Of a stretch of 42,166 nt of DNA, positions 11,297 to 24,835 are shown one piece after another (within the stretch, counting starts at the first letter, position 1; each line of letters opens with the position of its first letter). This DNA comes from Bigelowiella natans CCMP2755. Its lineage: Eukaryota; Protista; Cercozoa. The notes under the pieces are model-generated. The model was not told the origin of the DNA. It worked only from the letters and a program-made list of their open reading frames with translations, and did no database searches. A program made the translations under genes and the position numbers. The stretch covers positions 1-42,166 of the forward strand of contig ADNK01001085.1 in the NCBI GenBank assembly GCA_000320545.1. The letters are read 5' to 3'.

Positions 11297-12303
11297 CTAA
11301 CGCTTCCGCTTTTTCGAGTTGATGGCGACGACTTCTGCCCCCAACCCCCGCTTCAATTCCGTGCTCAAGAAGTGCAAATCCCTCAAGTCTCTGTTGAAAA
11401 CCTGGATCCGTCGCTCAACACAACAATGCTTGATGAAGATTTTGAGTTCATCATTGCTTGCCAAGTGATAGGGAGTCTCACCATTTCTGTTTTTGACCTC
11501 AATGTTTGCCTTCATGTCAACCAGGTACTTTACGATCTCAAAATTACCCCTGATCGAACCCCAAACCAACGGAGTCCTACCTAATATATTGCATTGAAAT
11601 CGTTATAAATTATGTAACATTTTCTACAACTGCTGTCTCAATGCTAGTATTGGTACCAACCGTCTTTGTCTTTCGCCTCAATGTTTGCCTTCATGTCAAC
11701 CAGGTACTTTACGATCTCAAAATTACCCCTGATCGAACCCCAAACCAACGGAGTCCTACCTAATATATTGCATTGAAATCGTTATAAATTATGTAACATT
11801 TTCTACAACTGCTGTCTCAATGCTAGTATTGGTACCAACCGTCTTTGTCTTTCGCCTCAATGTTTGCCTTCATGTCAACCAGGTACTTCACGATCTCATA
11901 ATGACCCTCACTCGAACCCCAAACCAACGGAGTCCTACCTAATACATTGCATTGAAATCGTTACAAATTATTTAACATTTTCTACAACTGCTGTCTCAAT
12001 GCTAGTATTGGTACCAACCGTATTTGTCTTTCGCCTCAATGTTTGCCTTCATGTCAACCAGGTACTTTACGATCTCAAAATTACCCCTGAACGAACCCCA
12101 AACCAACGGAGTGTTACCTAATGTATTGTATTGAAATCGTTATAAATTATGTAACATTTTCTACAACTGCTGTCTCAATGCTAGTATTGGTACCCACCAT
12201 TGTTGTCTTTCGCCTCAATGTTTGCCTTCATGTCAACCAGGTACTTCACGATCTCAAAACGACCCTCATAGGAACCAGCGATCAACGGAGTGAGTGTCCA
12301 TTC
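11297..12303 (-). CDS. Ankyrin-repeat protein with one repeat per exon; 5' exons (about 12385-12550) unresolved
   Basis: Exons 12303-12198, 12117-12019, 11938-11840, 11759-11661 and 11580-11297 each encode a GxTPLxxGSxxGxxEIVKYLVDMKANIExKD/N-type ankyrin repeat. Confidence 0.88.
11498..12293. repeat. Tandem repeat, 179-bp period, about 4.5 copies (99-bp exon + 80-bp intron)
   Basis: AATGTTTGCCTTCATGTCAACCAGGTACTT starts at 11501, 11680, 11859, 12038 and 12217. Confidence 0.97.
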
Positions 12304-13704
12304 CTGTTGGACGTATTGGGGTGAAGAGCACATCCACATGTAACAAAGGCAACTTCAGTTAATTTTACATCGTATTCCCATACTTCACAGGTCACTCGGG
12401 AGCACCAATTTTCTCGGACAGCGGTAAAATCATTGGCTTATACAGTTCCTGGGACCCAGACACAGGTGCTGCAAACAAACTTTTATTGTGTGTACTGTCT
12501 CTCCAATATGCACCGTCAACATGTTCAAGGCCATTACCATTTGCGAGTCGATCGCAAGGCTACTTGCCAAGATCAGTATGTAGTTGGGCGGGAAAAAATG
12601 AAAGTCGAGATAGATGTCGCGATGAATTGTTGATGAATCCACATGTGCGCTTGGCTGCAAAAGCAAGAGTCCAAGTCTGCATCGCACAGGGAGCCCTGTC
12701 AATGGCACTCGACATGTCATCAGTTCAAACAACGAGCCTGATGTAGAAAGTCATGAGATGGGGGGCTAGCCAGTGCGTCATCTCAATGTTGCGATGACGT
12801 TGTGAGCATTGTGGGCCTGCAATGAAAGTTCACATGCATTGCTCAGCTGAGAGCCTACATATATATAATGTAGTTATATATATTAGGGCTCTCTGTCAGA
12901 TTGTGTCAACATGTGCAAGCAACACAACTCCAATCACAATGCACAGCATGGCTTCTGAAACAATTCCTGACTTTCATTTTTTGTTTTTTCCGATCCCCAA
13001 AAATTGTCCATGTGTCATCATCCACAGCGTTGATCTTGGCAACGCACTAGCCGCGAGTCTGATGCGATTTCCAAGAGGTCGTCATGTGTGTCATGTCGTT
13101 CAGTGTTGCCTTGTTGCCCATCACTGGATCTATGGGGATCATGGTTACATCATTGAAACTTGAAATTGAAATCTGTGCACACATGATGGCGATTGCACGC
13201 ACAGCGTAGCTGCCAGTGCTAGAGTGGACACGGACAAGCTAGCAAGGCAACACACATGTGAGATGTGTAGCTGATGCCACATGCCATTGTGAAAACTAGT
13301 CTAGCAGTGCGCCATGCATGCATGTGCAACAACATGCTTGCATGCACGCGGAGAAACAAAAAGTCACAACGGCCTGGCGATGTAGTCACACATGCGCACC
13401 TCGACATCTAGACATCATGAGCGTCACATTTTCTAGATTCATGTGATGCATCATGATCATCCCCGCTAGCCCTCGGTTGACAAATACCGACACGTTCTAG
13501 CGTTCTTCGTATGTCGTGGCAATAATTATTAAAGTGAAATGTACAGTGTGACTTTTGGTTAGTTATTTGGATCATCGTGAAATGTGAAACTAACCGTTGG
13601 GTGTTTTTGGAACATGATCTGCTGTTGCACCTACACGACTGCAATGGAGCATCACAACTCTCCGTCTAGCCGCCTCTTGCTATTGTTGCGTCATCCTTGG
13701 GGCC

Positions 13705-15456
13705 TCAAGCCACCACAACCCACAATTTATCGGTCGACATATCGCCACTCATCCCCTCTACAGCTAGTCCTGCAACAACACCAAGGACATATACGAGACA
13801 TATACGACATCAAAACCGACAGATATAAAAAATACAGAAAAGTAAAGGAATTGTGAGCTCAGGGCACACTTGTCTGTCGGCTCGACGGCCCGATCATTCA
13901 TTTTTATTTTATGCCCGCTATTTCAGATGGGACCCGAAATTGAGGAAAACCTTCTCTTCATTAGTTGCTTCGTAGAGAGAGATGACCAATCATCATTAAA
14001 CACGGAACATTTTTTCGTCCTCGCACTCGGAAGCATCTGTTTGAATTGATGCTTCTGCGCGAAAAAATTTCGAATTTGTCGCCAGTATACGCACCGAGGT
14101 GTTCGTCGTAGACTGGCTTGCGATCAGTTCCTTTCCCGGGGTCCGCATAGTATCGTGTGAGAGTATCAAAGTGCTCCATTTGAGAAGTGGTGACGATCCG
14201 CACATCATCTTCCTTCGCTGCGAGGCCTTTCTCCTCGGAATGGCGTCGCTTTCGAGGGGTGTACTTAACACCGAAATTAGGCTTCTTAGCATAAACCTAT
14301 CATTGGAACGGTTGCGATTAGTAGAAGGTGGAAGCACACAGCAGCGCGCGCGCGCGCGCGCACACACACACACACACACATGGGGATAGGGGCAGGAGGA
14401 AAAACAGTATATATTTTCCGCTCCGACATGCCTTCGGTGCGCCTACCTCATAAAGAGTCGTCAACTCCTGATGTAACGTTTTGAGCATGGCTTCTGGGTC
14501 GATGCTGAACCCAAGGGTGTAGTTTCCACTAAACGAATTCGTCTAATATTGTCCAAGTATGTCTCAGATCAAGAAGGAAAATATGACAGACGACAGATGA
14601 CGATGACGATGATAATGATGATGATGATGATATGATAATGACTCCAAATAGTATGCGGTCTAAACTACTCGCTTGTGAAAGGTATTCAGTGCAGAAGTGA
14701 TAGGCTCAGGATCCTACCTGCAATACGAGAGCTTTTCCAAACTTGGCTGATTTCTTCATTACTATCTTGGTAATCTGAAAGGAGAAAAACACAGAAACAT
14801 ATGCAATAGAATAGTAAGGCAAGTACCTCCCGGCTAAGTATCCCTACTACAGGCCGATATTCTTATTAGCACATTTGGGTGCATGGGAGTGCGCAAGGGC
14901 ATCTTCCTTCTCATCAACCACCTGGATATATGGAATGCTGATGTTGAAATTTTCGGCCATTTCTGCAAACCAGACAACGCGAACATTCGTGACGAAGAAT
15001 GTCCCCAGATTTCCCTGATCCGCCGACAAGTTGAACACGCCTTGGAGTTTTCGAACCATGGTCTCACCCGGTAGAAGTGTCAATTGCTTGTTCTTGATGA
15101 AACCCCCTCTAAAAGATGACAACTACTTTAAAGATGTGGAATCGGCGCCGGTTGGGTTTATATCATCAGCTACCTGAGCTTGAGATCACGGAATAGCCTG
15201 GTGGCAGCGTAAGACTTCTGCAATTCAGCCAAAACTCTGAACACCTACATCATGGCGTTTGTTTGTTTGCTGCATTACGGAAAGCTCAGATGGTGGATAA
15301 TGATACCTTACTAGCTCTTGGTTTCGCACAGGCAAAAATAAATTCAAAGCGGCCATCATTGTACTTAGCAGATAGGTTTAGCACCGCCCGTGGATCGATG
15401 AAGCTCGGGTTGGGGTCCTTTTCAATGGCCAATTTTGAAATGAAGCAAGGGGCTCA

Positions 15457-15500
<44 letters not shown>

Positions 15501-15929
15501 GTATACATATAACATACATCTGTGATCGAGTTACAGTACTACCTGAAAGGCCAGTCTACGAATTGTGTCATAGCCTACGCTAAGATTTGTTTTCTGTTTG
15601 CATGCAAACCCAAGCGGAGAATGAGCGAGGTGTGTGGGAGAACACAAAATTGATGAAGAATTTTGCTTACAGAGTTCATTTTGAATATCCAAATTATCCG
15701 GAGGTTTGTTACAAGAAGTCGACCAGCTTCATTGTTGCTTCCTTTGCAATCCTCGACGTCAGAAAGTTCTTGAACAACCTCCTCCGACGTTCGAAGAGAA
15801 GTCTGGTTGTGACGATGCGAGGATGTAATCATCCACCCATAGAAGAAAAAAACAAACCATGATGTTGCTTCTTACCGTATACTTATCTCCATCGAAGCGG
15901 ATCTCCCGGTCCTGCCAGGTGAAATCCAT
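13705..15929 (-). CDS. BBS5: Bardet-Biedl syndrome 5 protein (BBSome subunit), multi-exon
   Basis: Motifs [62 protein letters not shown] and YYADPGK. Terminal exon GLAVEG...KLWVVVA*. Confidence 0.95.
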
Positions 15930-16264
15930 TATCCTCTTGGAAATCCTTTCCTACTTCCTTCTAGGGAGTGGAGGAGGGGGGGGGGGGAGCGTTTTTACTG
16001 TTCTGCTGATAGTAACTCGAAGACTTGTGTTTCTTGCAGAACAAAAAATATTATTATCATGTCGCAACTTCAAATTTCTCTTCATTTGTGGTGCAGATAA
16101 TAGAGGAAAACTTAGGATGTTATACGATTAGTTTGACCAATTATCGTTGTCGCTGTCAAAAATTGGATTGCGCGTTCTCGAGGCCTCTAGGGTGGACTCG
16201 CCCCTCTACACCTCAGGGACGGAAAGAGAAAGAGCGGGGAAGTAAGGGAGGTCGACTCGCGAAT
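15930..16264. promoter_or_regulatory. Probable bidirectional promoter region BBS5/TAF7
   Basis: 335 bp between divergent start codons; no specific motif identified. Confidence 0.5.
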
Positions 16265-17927
16265 ATGAGCAGTTTGAAAATGCCGGAGCAGCATGTACTG
16301 CTGAGGGCAACTCCAGAACTTGCGGAGAAATTGAACCAGATGTTTGATGACAATTGTGATGAAACTTCGTCGAAGGAAGGTCGTCGCGAATGATGGTGAT
16401 GATGATGATGATGACGATGATGAACCTATTATGATAAGTTGTGAGAATGGATCTATATCGTTCGCACACCCTCTTTCGCCAGTTGTTCTTGTGACAAACT
16501 TCCCCCTCACCGGCTGCTTCCTTCCTCATAGGATTGGAACCAATCGAGATTGAATTCACACACACGAGAGGTGACAAGCGCATGAAAGACATGGCAGAGG
16601 GCGGTATCTTCCAAGTTGGGAAGGAAAGGTGGGTCATCTTTATATCCACATATTCTAGTTGTAGCACCCCTGTCCCACTCCGGCACTCGTAGACTATGAT
16701 ATATACTCCAGTGTCTTCTTCATGTGCAAACTTACAGCAAAAGCCTGATTGTGGCTCTTGTCATATTCACTGTCGTTGCTCTTGTCAATTCCGATCAGAT
16801 ATGAGTTCGACGTCAAGGATCTTCCCTGTCTGCTGGTACTAATACTTCACACATCGTTAAATATTGCAATTGCGAGTGAATACGAATCGAACAATCAGGA
16901 GTGTTGCCGGACTTACAACGGGGAGCACGTTTACAAAACGGGGGACATATCACAGATTTTACACGTAAGAAGGCCGGGAGAAAAACCTGCTCGTGAGGTA
17001 GTAGACCACATAAAATTGAAAAGGGTGAAAGCTTGCGTTTTCAACCCTAACCTCCCCTCTAGCTATTCTAAAATCATATCGTTGCCCAGATCGCTGCAGC
17101 TCGAAAAGCGGAAAAGGCCAAAGCAGGTAATTGTTTGATATAAAGCAATCACCCCACAACAATATGACATCGAAGTATGAAGATATCAATTACAACATCT
17201 CAAATTAGATTGTTTATTAGCATGCACTCATTTTCTCAGCATGAATGAATCCTCTTTGTTACGTTCTTCTAGTCCCCCCTCCCCCCACAGGGAGGAGAAG
17301 CAGCGCGGCGGCCGATAGGGCCGAAGTTGCCAGACTCCGTAAGTTATCTATCAGTATTTACTAACGAAGAAAATAACACTTTACCGGCAATTGTGGTTGT
17401 ACAAAAGTATCCTCCTCTCCTCCTCCTCCTCTCCTTCTTTTTTATGTTCCTGCGAACCTTTCTGTGCATGGTCCCTTCCATTCTGACAACCAAATATCGA
17501 TAATAGGGAAGGAGATCGAGGAGAAGATAAATGATCCATACAAGGAAAACTCCGGCATCACTCCGCCTACTCGCCACATCAGGATCGACCGGTTTCGTTA
17601 TCCTCCGGTTATTTATTCATTGATTGCTACTCCTCCCCCGCCATTCGTTTCTCGTCGTGATCAGAGACGCCGCGCTTTCGATTCTCTCCTATCTTCTTAG
17701 TGCACATACTAGCGATGATCCCGCCAGTGATGCTGATGCTGCTGATGATGATGATGATGATGACGATGATGATCCTTTAGGTCCCTAAGCAGAAAGTAAA
17801 AGATGTCGTACGTGTTATGCAGCACATGATCGCAGGTGAGTGAATCAATCATCATCATTGCTAGGACTGAATTAGTATTAGTAGTGCGCATTTGAATGGG
17901 AAAGATTTCGAGTAGTCTTGGCTGGAC

Positions 17928-17965
<38 letters not shown>

Positions 17966-18115
17966 TGCTGTGTATGTGTGGGCATCATCCATCTGTTGTC
18001 ATCTAAGTTACTCCCCGGTTGGTTCTACTATCTACTTCACTCAATGAAAACAGTCGAGAATGGAGTATTTGCGCCTTTCGTGGAGAGGGAGCTGGTCGAA
18101 GTTGCGGTATAGTCG

Positions 18116-18146
<31 letters not shown>

Positions 18147-18305
18147 CACGACGAGGAGGAGGAGGAGGAGGGGAGGGGGAACACAGAAAATTAACAATTA
18201 CAACAGCAACGAGAGCTGAAACTACACTCTTTACCTACACTAACGACATAGTTAGGTGCTACATTACAGCTCCCAGAATTGAAATACCCCCCCCCTCTTC
18301 TCCTC

Positions 18306-18346
<41 letters not shown>

Positions 18347-19116
18347 TCATTCAGGTGGACAGGGAAGAAGCGGACAGAGAAGAAGCTAAGCGTTTCCAGA
18401 GGAGCAGCGTGCATGTGAAGAGCAATGGCAAGCTCATCATCAATCGACGCAAGCTCTCAAATGTGAGGGACCCGCATCAGCGACGAAGCTCCACGGGGCG
18501 TCACAGTCTCAGAGAGCCCTCGCCTATGATGCCCCCACCTGCGAAAACACCCCAGGTAGTAATCCATAAACCTCTCGAAAACGAGGACGAAGCAGCAGCC
18601 TCGAGCTAGCCTCCGCTCTCACTTTCTTACTTTTTTACTTGAGAGTGGTGCTAATGGGCAGTAGCTGTAGAAGTAGTAGTAGCAGTAGTAGTAGTAGTAG
18701 TTAAGTGAGGGGTTGGGGTGGCGCATATTATTGTCCTATTCTTCATGGGTAATCGTATTATTTATCACATACACACATACACAAATACACACACAATACA
18801 TCAATCAGGCGCGTATGTCGTCGACGACTCCCATTCGCGTGTTTTCCCCTGCTGCGGCACCACACCCCTCCCCATCATCCTCATCATCACAGCAGCAACA
18901 GCACAGGCATCAATCCCCCTTCAACAACCGAGTTATTTCACCAGCGACGTCATCACCATTCTTCCCTAGTAAGTCTCCCGTTATTCCTCGGCCTCCCAGT
19001 GGTGGTGGCGGTGGCGGTGGCTCAATGCATAGATCTCCAGCTCCAGCCGTCTCGCTTCTCTCTCCCGCCTACCCTTCTCATTATGGATCCTCGCCGCTCA
19101 GGCATGAACGGTTAAT

Positions 19117-19158
<42 letters not shown>

Positions 19159-20096
19159 TAGTAGTAGTGGCGGTAGTTGCCCGGCAGCAGCGGTGATTGC
19201 TAACGTCCGTTTTGCCAAAGTGGGCAGACTTGCTCGCTACCTGTCCTCTCAAGACATATATTGGAATGAAATATGACTCAAGAAGAAGAAGAAGAAGAAA
19301 GAAGAAGAAGAAGAAGAAGAAGAAACTTGTAACCTCTGATTATTTTTTTCCTTTTCTCACACATCTACCCTACCCCACCCCCATCATACCAACAGGGGCG
19401 TGTCCCCCCGTTCTGCTGGAGGCTCTACGCAGGGCTCAGTGGCAGCATTTCCAGTCGTACCACCAGCTGTTCCATCTTCTAATGCTTCGCAAGTAATAGT
19501 GATAGTAATAGTAGTTGTAGTAGTGGTAGTAGTAGTAGTAGTAGTAGTAGTAATAGTAGTAGTAGTATAGTTGTTAGTTGTCGGATATCTTTCTACGACA
19601 ACGTGTTCTCCCCTTCCGTTTGAATACCGGATGGTTTCGAATTCGATGAGTGCTTTTTTGGAGCGGTGATGATACAATGAACAAACTGGTTTTTTTGGGT
19701 ACGTTTTCCATGCGCCCTTCGATTCCCTTCTCTCCTCTGATTCTCCATCTTGATTCGGTTCTCATTGTGATATCCATCCTTTCCCACTCTTCCGTCCTTT
19801 TCCAGGATGAAGCAGTATCAAGCTCTGGGATTGCGGTGCCCCCCCCTGCTGCCCCCCCTGCTGCAGAGGAAGACAATAAACGTAAGGAACTCAGCGCGGC
19901 GGTGGACGCGCTCTCTAACGAGGTGCACGAGGCCAGAAGAAAGTTGGAGAAGGCCAACGCGGAGCTTAAGAAATCCAAGAACCCAATCCTGAAGAAGAAA
20001 ATTTTGGCGAACAGGGTCAAGCCCGCGAAGCAGAAGCTTGCAGAGAAAGAGAAGGAGTTGGAAGCTGCGAAGAAAGCGCTGGAAGATGCACAGTAG
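16265..20096 (+). CDS. TAF7: TFIID subunit TAF7 (TAFII55 N-terminal domain, low-complexity middle, coiled-coil tail)
   Basis: Motifs EQHVLLR, DLPCLL, YKTGDISQIL, SGITPPTRHIRIDRF and C-terminal NPILKKK coiled coil. Confidence 0.88.
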
Positions 20097-20677
20097 ACCA
20101 ACTATGGCGCAGTTTTTCAAGATTTATATGAACGGCTGCAAGACAGAAATTTTCGAGTGTGTTGGTTTTGCCGCTTATCGTTGCTCCTTCATACACGCAT
20201 ACAATGTTGGCGGGTGTCATCTGAATCAGCATGCCTAGGTAGCAAGTGATGAGTGTTGAAGGCAGAACAAAGCACTGCTTACCTAAATATGTATCATTAG
20301 CACCTCTAATACGGACGCTGGATCGATGTGAGTGCTAGCAGTGGTGATGATGTCATTGATCTAGCAAGCCCGCGTGCGTGGCATCGTCTGTAGCGTGTAC
20401 ACAAGGCGTGCACATGCTAGTGTAGCAGCTATGAGCATGAGCATGCTAGCATGGGCTGGCGCTGACTAGTCGTGTAGGCAAGCAGGCTCCTCCTAATAAG
20501 CTAGAAAATTGCAATCATCTGATGTGTGTACACGTATGACGTATGCGATATACCGCCGCGCTCGCTGCAAACAGACACACGCATGCAAGACTTAGCCTGG
20601 CCCGCCAGATCTGACATTTGTTTTGCGCATACGGCTATGCTACAATGGCATCTAGCTAGCTAGACACACACAATTGT

Positions 20678-20760
20678 TGTAATGAATCAAATTAAATTTG
20701 TTCAATATAATCTAGATAATGGATGATCGGCATTGAGCAAATTTGATTTGTTTCATTACA
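20678..20760. repeat. Inverted pair of the same dispersed motif (about 29-bp arms)
   Basis: TGTAATGAATCAAATTAAATTTGTTCAAT is followed by ATTGAGCAAATTTGATTTGTTTCATTACA, a near reverse complement. Confidence 0.75.
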
Positions 20761-21249
20761 CCCGTCTTATAATATTACGATACATCTAGCTAGACATGCG
20801 CGCGACATGACTAGATGAGTTTAGGCATGTGTACTATCCGGAATGTGCTACGTCACATTATATCATACTCTAGTACTGATGAACGCGTGGCAAACTTGAA
20901 TTAGATTTCCATCGCGTTTCTTGTTTAAATGCTGTGCAAAATTCTATGGCAATATTACATGTCTAGCCAGATGTATTTTTACGGGAGATGAAGTACAATT
21001 TTTAGACTCGTAATGCAAGCAGCGCCTAAATGACTTTATGCATCATTTGCAAGCACCAGTAATGAGCGCAGAAATATATTCCTAAAAAAGTCAGGACCCG
21101 TATGGCGTTTCACGTATTTTTTTGGGGGGGGGAGGAGGAAATGACGACGATGATGGTAGATCATCATCGGCATAAGCAACCGTGTAGCTGGGACTCTATT
21201 ATAATAATACGGTTGCACAAAAGGGAGAATCGTGATGATGATCTATTGG

Positions 21250-22269
21250 TGGAAGGCCTCCTCTACATAACGGCACTGAAAATAGTAGCAGCAGCTATAT
21301 ATACACAGCAGGGCTCGATCGCTGCCACTGCCTCGCAAAATGAACATCTACCGACTCTTATTTCCTTCTAAATTACAATTGCTGCTCTTATTATCAACGC
21401 AATATCAGCGTATATCGTTTCCCTACTTCTTCCCCACACACAGCCGTAAATGGTGGAGTGAGCGACCTCACCTCGAGAAAGTCGGAGTGGTCGTAAGCTA
21501 CTAGATTGACCACTTTGACTGGGTTCTTGGCAAAACTCTGCAGCAAAATACGCCTTCGTTTGTGGAACTCATACTGCGTCATTAGCGTCCTCATCTGAAA
21601 AGATAAATACGAAGATGATGTTGATCATTATAGTCGTGGTGCTGTATACGGTGGTAGAAGTACATGCTGATGAGTTTCCCCTCCCCCCCCCAACAGAAGC
21701 AAAAATACATATATGCACATAGCCCCCTCAAAATATATGTGTTATTTTATATGGCTGATCATGATTAAGAAATGATACACCACCTTCTCATCAAGGGCTT
21801 CAACCTCTTTCTGGTGGTTCGGGCCATCTCTGACAACGACACACACACAAACAAGTGCAAAGCAGCACAAAGAAGCCAAAGAAGCATGGAGCACCGTCAG
21901 CCTAAAGGGACAGGAGTAATCTTCCGTATCGAAAACAACTAGCAATTGACGCAATTATTACATCACATACGATGTAGAGTAACAGGTGGTTGCGGTGGTG
22001 CTTTTGCCCGTGTTTTATGCATAAGACGACGAGGATACTGCTGCTTCTCCTCCTCCTCCTCCTCCTCCTCCTCCTCCTCCTCCTCCTACTTCTGCTTTCC
22101 TCTGCTTCGGCGGATACCATAACGACAGAATAAACTCTCACCTTTGACTAAAAGGCAAACGTTTGGTCGATTGCTCATTGTAAAGTTCAGGCATTTCCAC
22201 CTCCAGATCAAACCTAATGATAGTTTACCATCATCATCATGATCATCGCCGTTTGTGGCAAAGTCTTTG

Positions 22270-22302
<33 letters not shown>

Positions 22303-22333
22303 CCGTCATATCGTCCACACATACACGAAGAAG

Positions 22334-22365
<32 letters not shown>

Positions 22366-23051
22366 CCATTTTGCTTCATGGGGCACAGAGCTGGGGTCTC
22401 CTTCGTTGTCGTTATCTTCCCCTTCGACCCTATCGTCGTAGCACCATTATGAACAGATAAATACGAGTGTAGTAGTGCAGCAGCATCGAAGTACTGCAAC
22501 GAAATGTCAGGTAAAGTCTCATCATGAGGACAAGCACCAGCATATTATTAGTATCTTGATATTGTCGTCGTTGTCGTCGTCGTTGTTGTTTTTCTTGTTG
22601 TTGTTATGGAGTGAAAGAAAATCATTATGCAACCAGCACCTTTCCTTCTCACTCGAATTAAAACATAAAAATATTATATAACTTTATACACACATACACA
22701 TACACACACACCCACACACACACACACACACGCATACACGCACACACATATTTTCCAAATATTTGTTACGTGATCTTGTAATCAATAATATGCGGGTCCA
22801 ATGGAAGAAGCTGCTCGTTCATAAGCTCATCTATTCTCGAGCACTCAATCTTGGCTTGGTTGAATACCTTGGTGCAAGTTTGCAGCATATATTGTCAGCA
22901 AGAAACGACCCCCTTCAGCATGTCAATGATAGAGGTGTGTGTGTGTGTGTGCGTGAATAGCATCACCTGTTTGAGCGGCTCATTGCAGGAAATGAACTTC
23001 ATCGACTTGTCTGTGAGCTTATTTTTCTATTTTCACGCACACACACACACA

Positions 23052-23093
<42 letters not shown>

Positions 23094-24835
23094 CGCAAAT
23101 GAAATATACAAGTATTATATACGCACGTCTGTGTGTATAAATGATACTTAATACTAATCATATAGGAATAACTACAAAGCCTTCTTCCCCCCAAGAATCA
23201 TCATAGTCATCATCATAACCATCATCATCGTCGTCGTCACCATCATCATCATCATCACCATCGCTAACATTGAGTACCACTAATGCCCATCATGGTCATA
23301 CTTACCATTGCATATCTCACAACGGCAGAAATGAGCTCGATCCTGGTCCCAATGGTCATGCCGATAAGGCCATTCAGCGGTGGCGACACTCGAAACTTCT
23401 CAGGGGAACGATTGAGGTGCAGAAGGATCTTAGCGTCAACGTCCTTGTTGCCTAGACTCTTCAGCTCAAAGCCGTCAGCAACTACAGGGCATTCTATGGA
23501 AGTCCACTGTCGGTCAACGAACATCCAACAAAGCAACATTAATGATGATGATGATGAGGGGGGGGGGGGGGGGGAGCAGAAAAAGGATAGTTAGCTGGGT
23601 TGCACTACGAATGCGAGTAGTAGTTGTAGTAGTAGTAGTATTAGTATCAAGTGCAAGATAGTGCGCTGATGTAGTCATAGTGTGTGTGTGTGTGCACGTT
23701 GTCAACACAGGGAACATATCATCATCATAATCACCATCATAATCATCATCCTTTTGTTCACTGCGTAATGGTAGAAAGTAGGAGTAGTAGTAGTAGTAGT
23801 ATTAGTAGTAGTAGTAGAGTGGTAGTGGCACCTGCACAGGTGTGGTGACAGGGTCACTTGTCGTGCGCTCCGTTATCAAGATCGTTGCCGATTTCACTAG
23901 GTGAGTGAAGCGTTTCCTGCCACCTGACCCTCTCTGGCAGCGATCATAATAAAGACAGTCGAGAACGGCATATTGGTTGGTATAGCGGACTTGCTAGCAT
24001 AATCGGTGTAATATTCATCGTTTCGTTGGACAAAACTCAAACGCAAATCCGTCTCTCTCCCCCTTTCCATCCCCTTGAAACTATCGTGGATGATGACTAA
24101 TAAAACCGTGTGAGTGTCTTGGAGCTCCCCTCGAATATGAAGCGTCCAGCTAGGCGGATGCTGCAGCAAGCAGTCAGCAAGCAATCAGCAAACAAGCGAC
24201 ACCCCCCACGCCGACAGACACATATTAATTTGTTGGTTTACATTTCTTAGAAGTACACCAAAATTGACACAAAAGTGTATTCACTTCGAACAAATCTAAT
24301 TAAAAATTGTTATCTTGTGTGTTCTTTTAAAATGAAATCGAGGGCTTATTCACACACGCATGGCGCGCGCCCGCACACACACACACACACGCATATACAC
24401 ACGCATTACTGTCTTGTCATCTATAGCATGGTCTTGCCAGTGATGCTCGTGTGAGATAGCTATTTTGACGATTCTCTTTACCTACAATGGAAACAGCAGC
24501 AGCAGCAACAACCACCATCTCCCATCATGCATATGATCCTCCTCATTATTCCTCATTGCCGACTTACACCGGAGATTTACGGCTCACCCGCTGAGGAAGC
24601 TGGCCAGCCGCCTCTTGAATCCTCAAGTTCTTTTCTGCGAGGTGCATATCCACCTTCTTCTCCAGATTCTGTAGTGCCGTCAGAAATGGAGACTCGGAGA
24701 CCCAGAGCCCAGGCTAATCAACATTACAATCATCGGCAATTCTGTGCATGGGGTGTGACCTCTCCGCTCTCTTCTCACTCACTTTCTCCGGCAAGTCTTT
24801 TTCATAACCGCGGCGTCTGCGATTTTTGTATCGGC
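21250..24835 (-). CDS. SMARCD: SWI/SNF subunit SMARCD/BAF60/Swp73 (SWIB domain); both ends approximate
   Basis: Exons VSESPFLTALQNLEKKVDMHL, PPSWTLHIRGEL, DGFELKSLG...PEKFRVSPPLNGLIG, LLPLDPHIIDYKI, KEVEALDEK and KRRRILLQSFAKNP. Confidence 0.85.

Noticed and set aside
11498-12293. CRISPR-like repeat/spacer array
   Set aside because: The units are fully homologous 179-bp tandem copies encoding ankyrin exons. There are no unique spacers or cas genes, and the context is eukaryotic.
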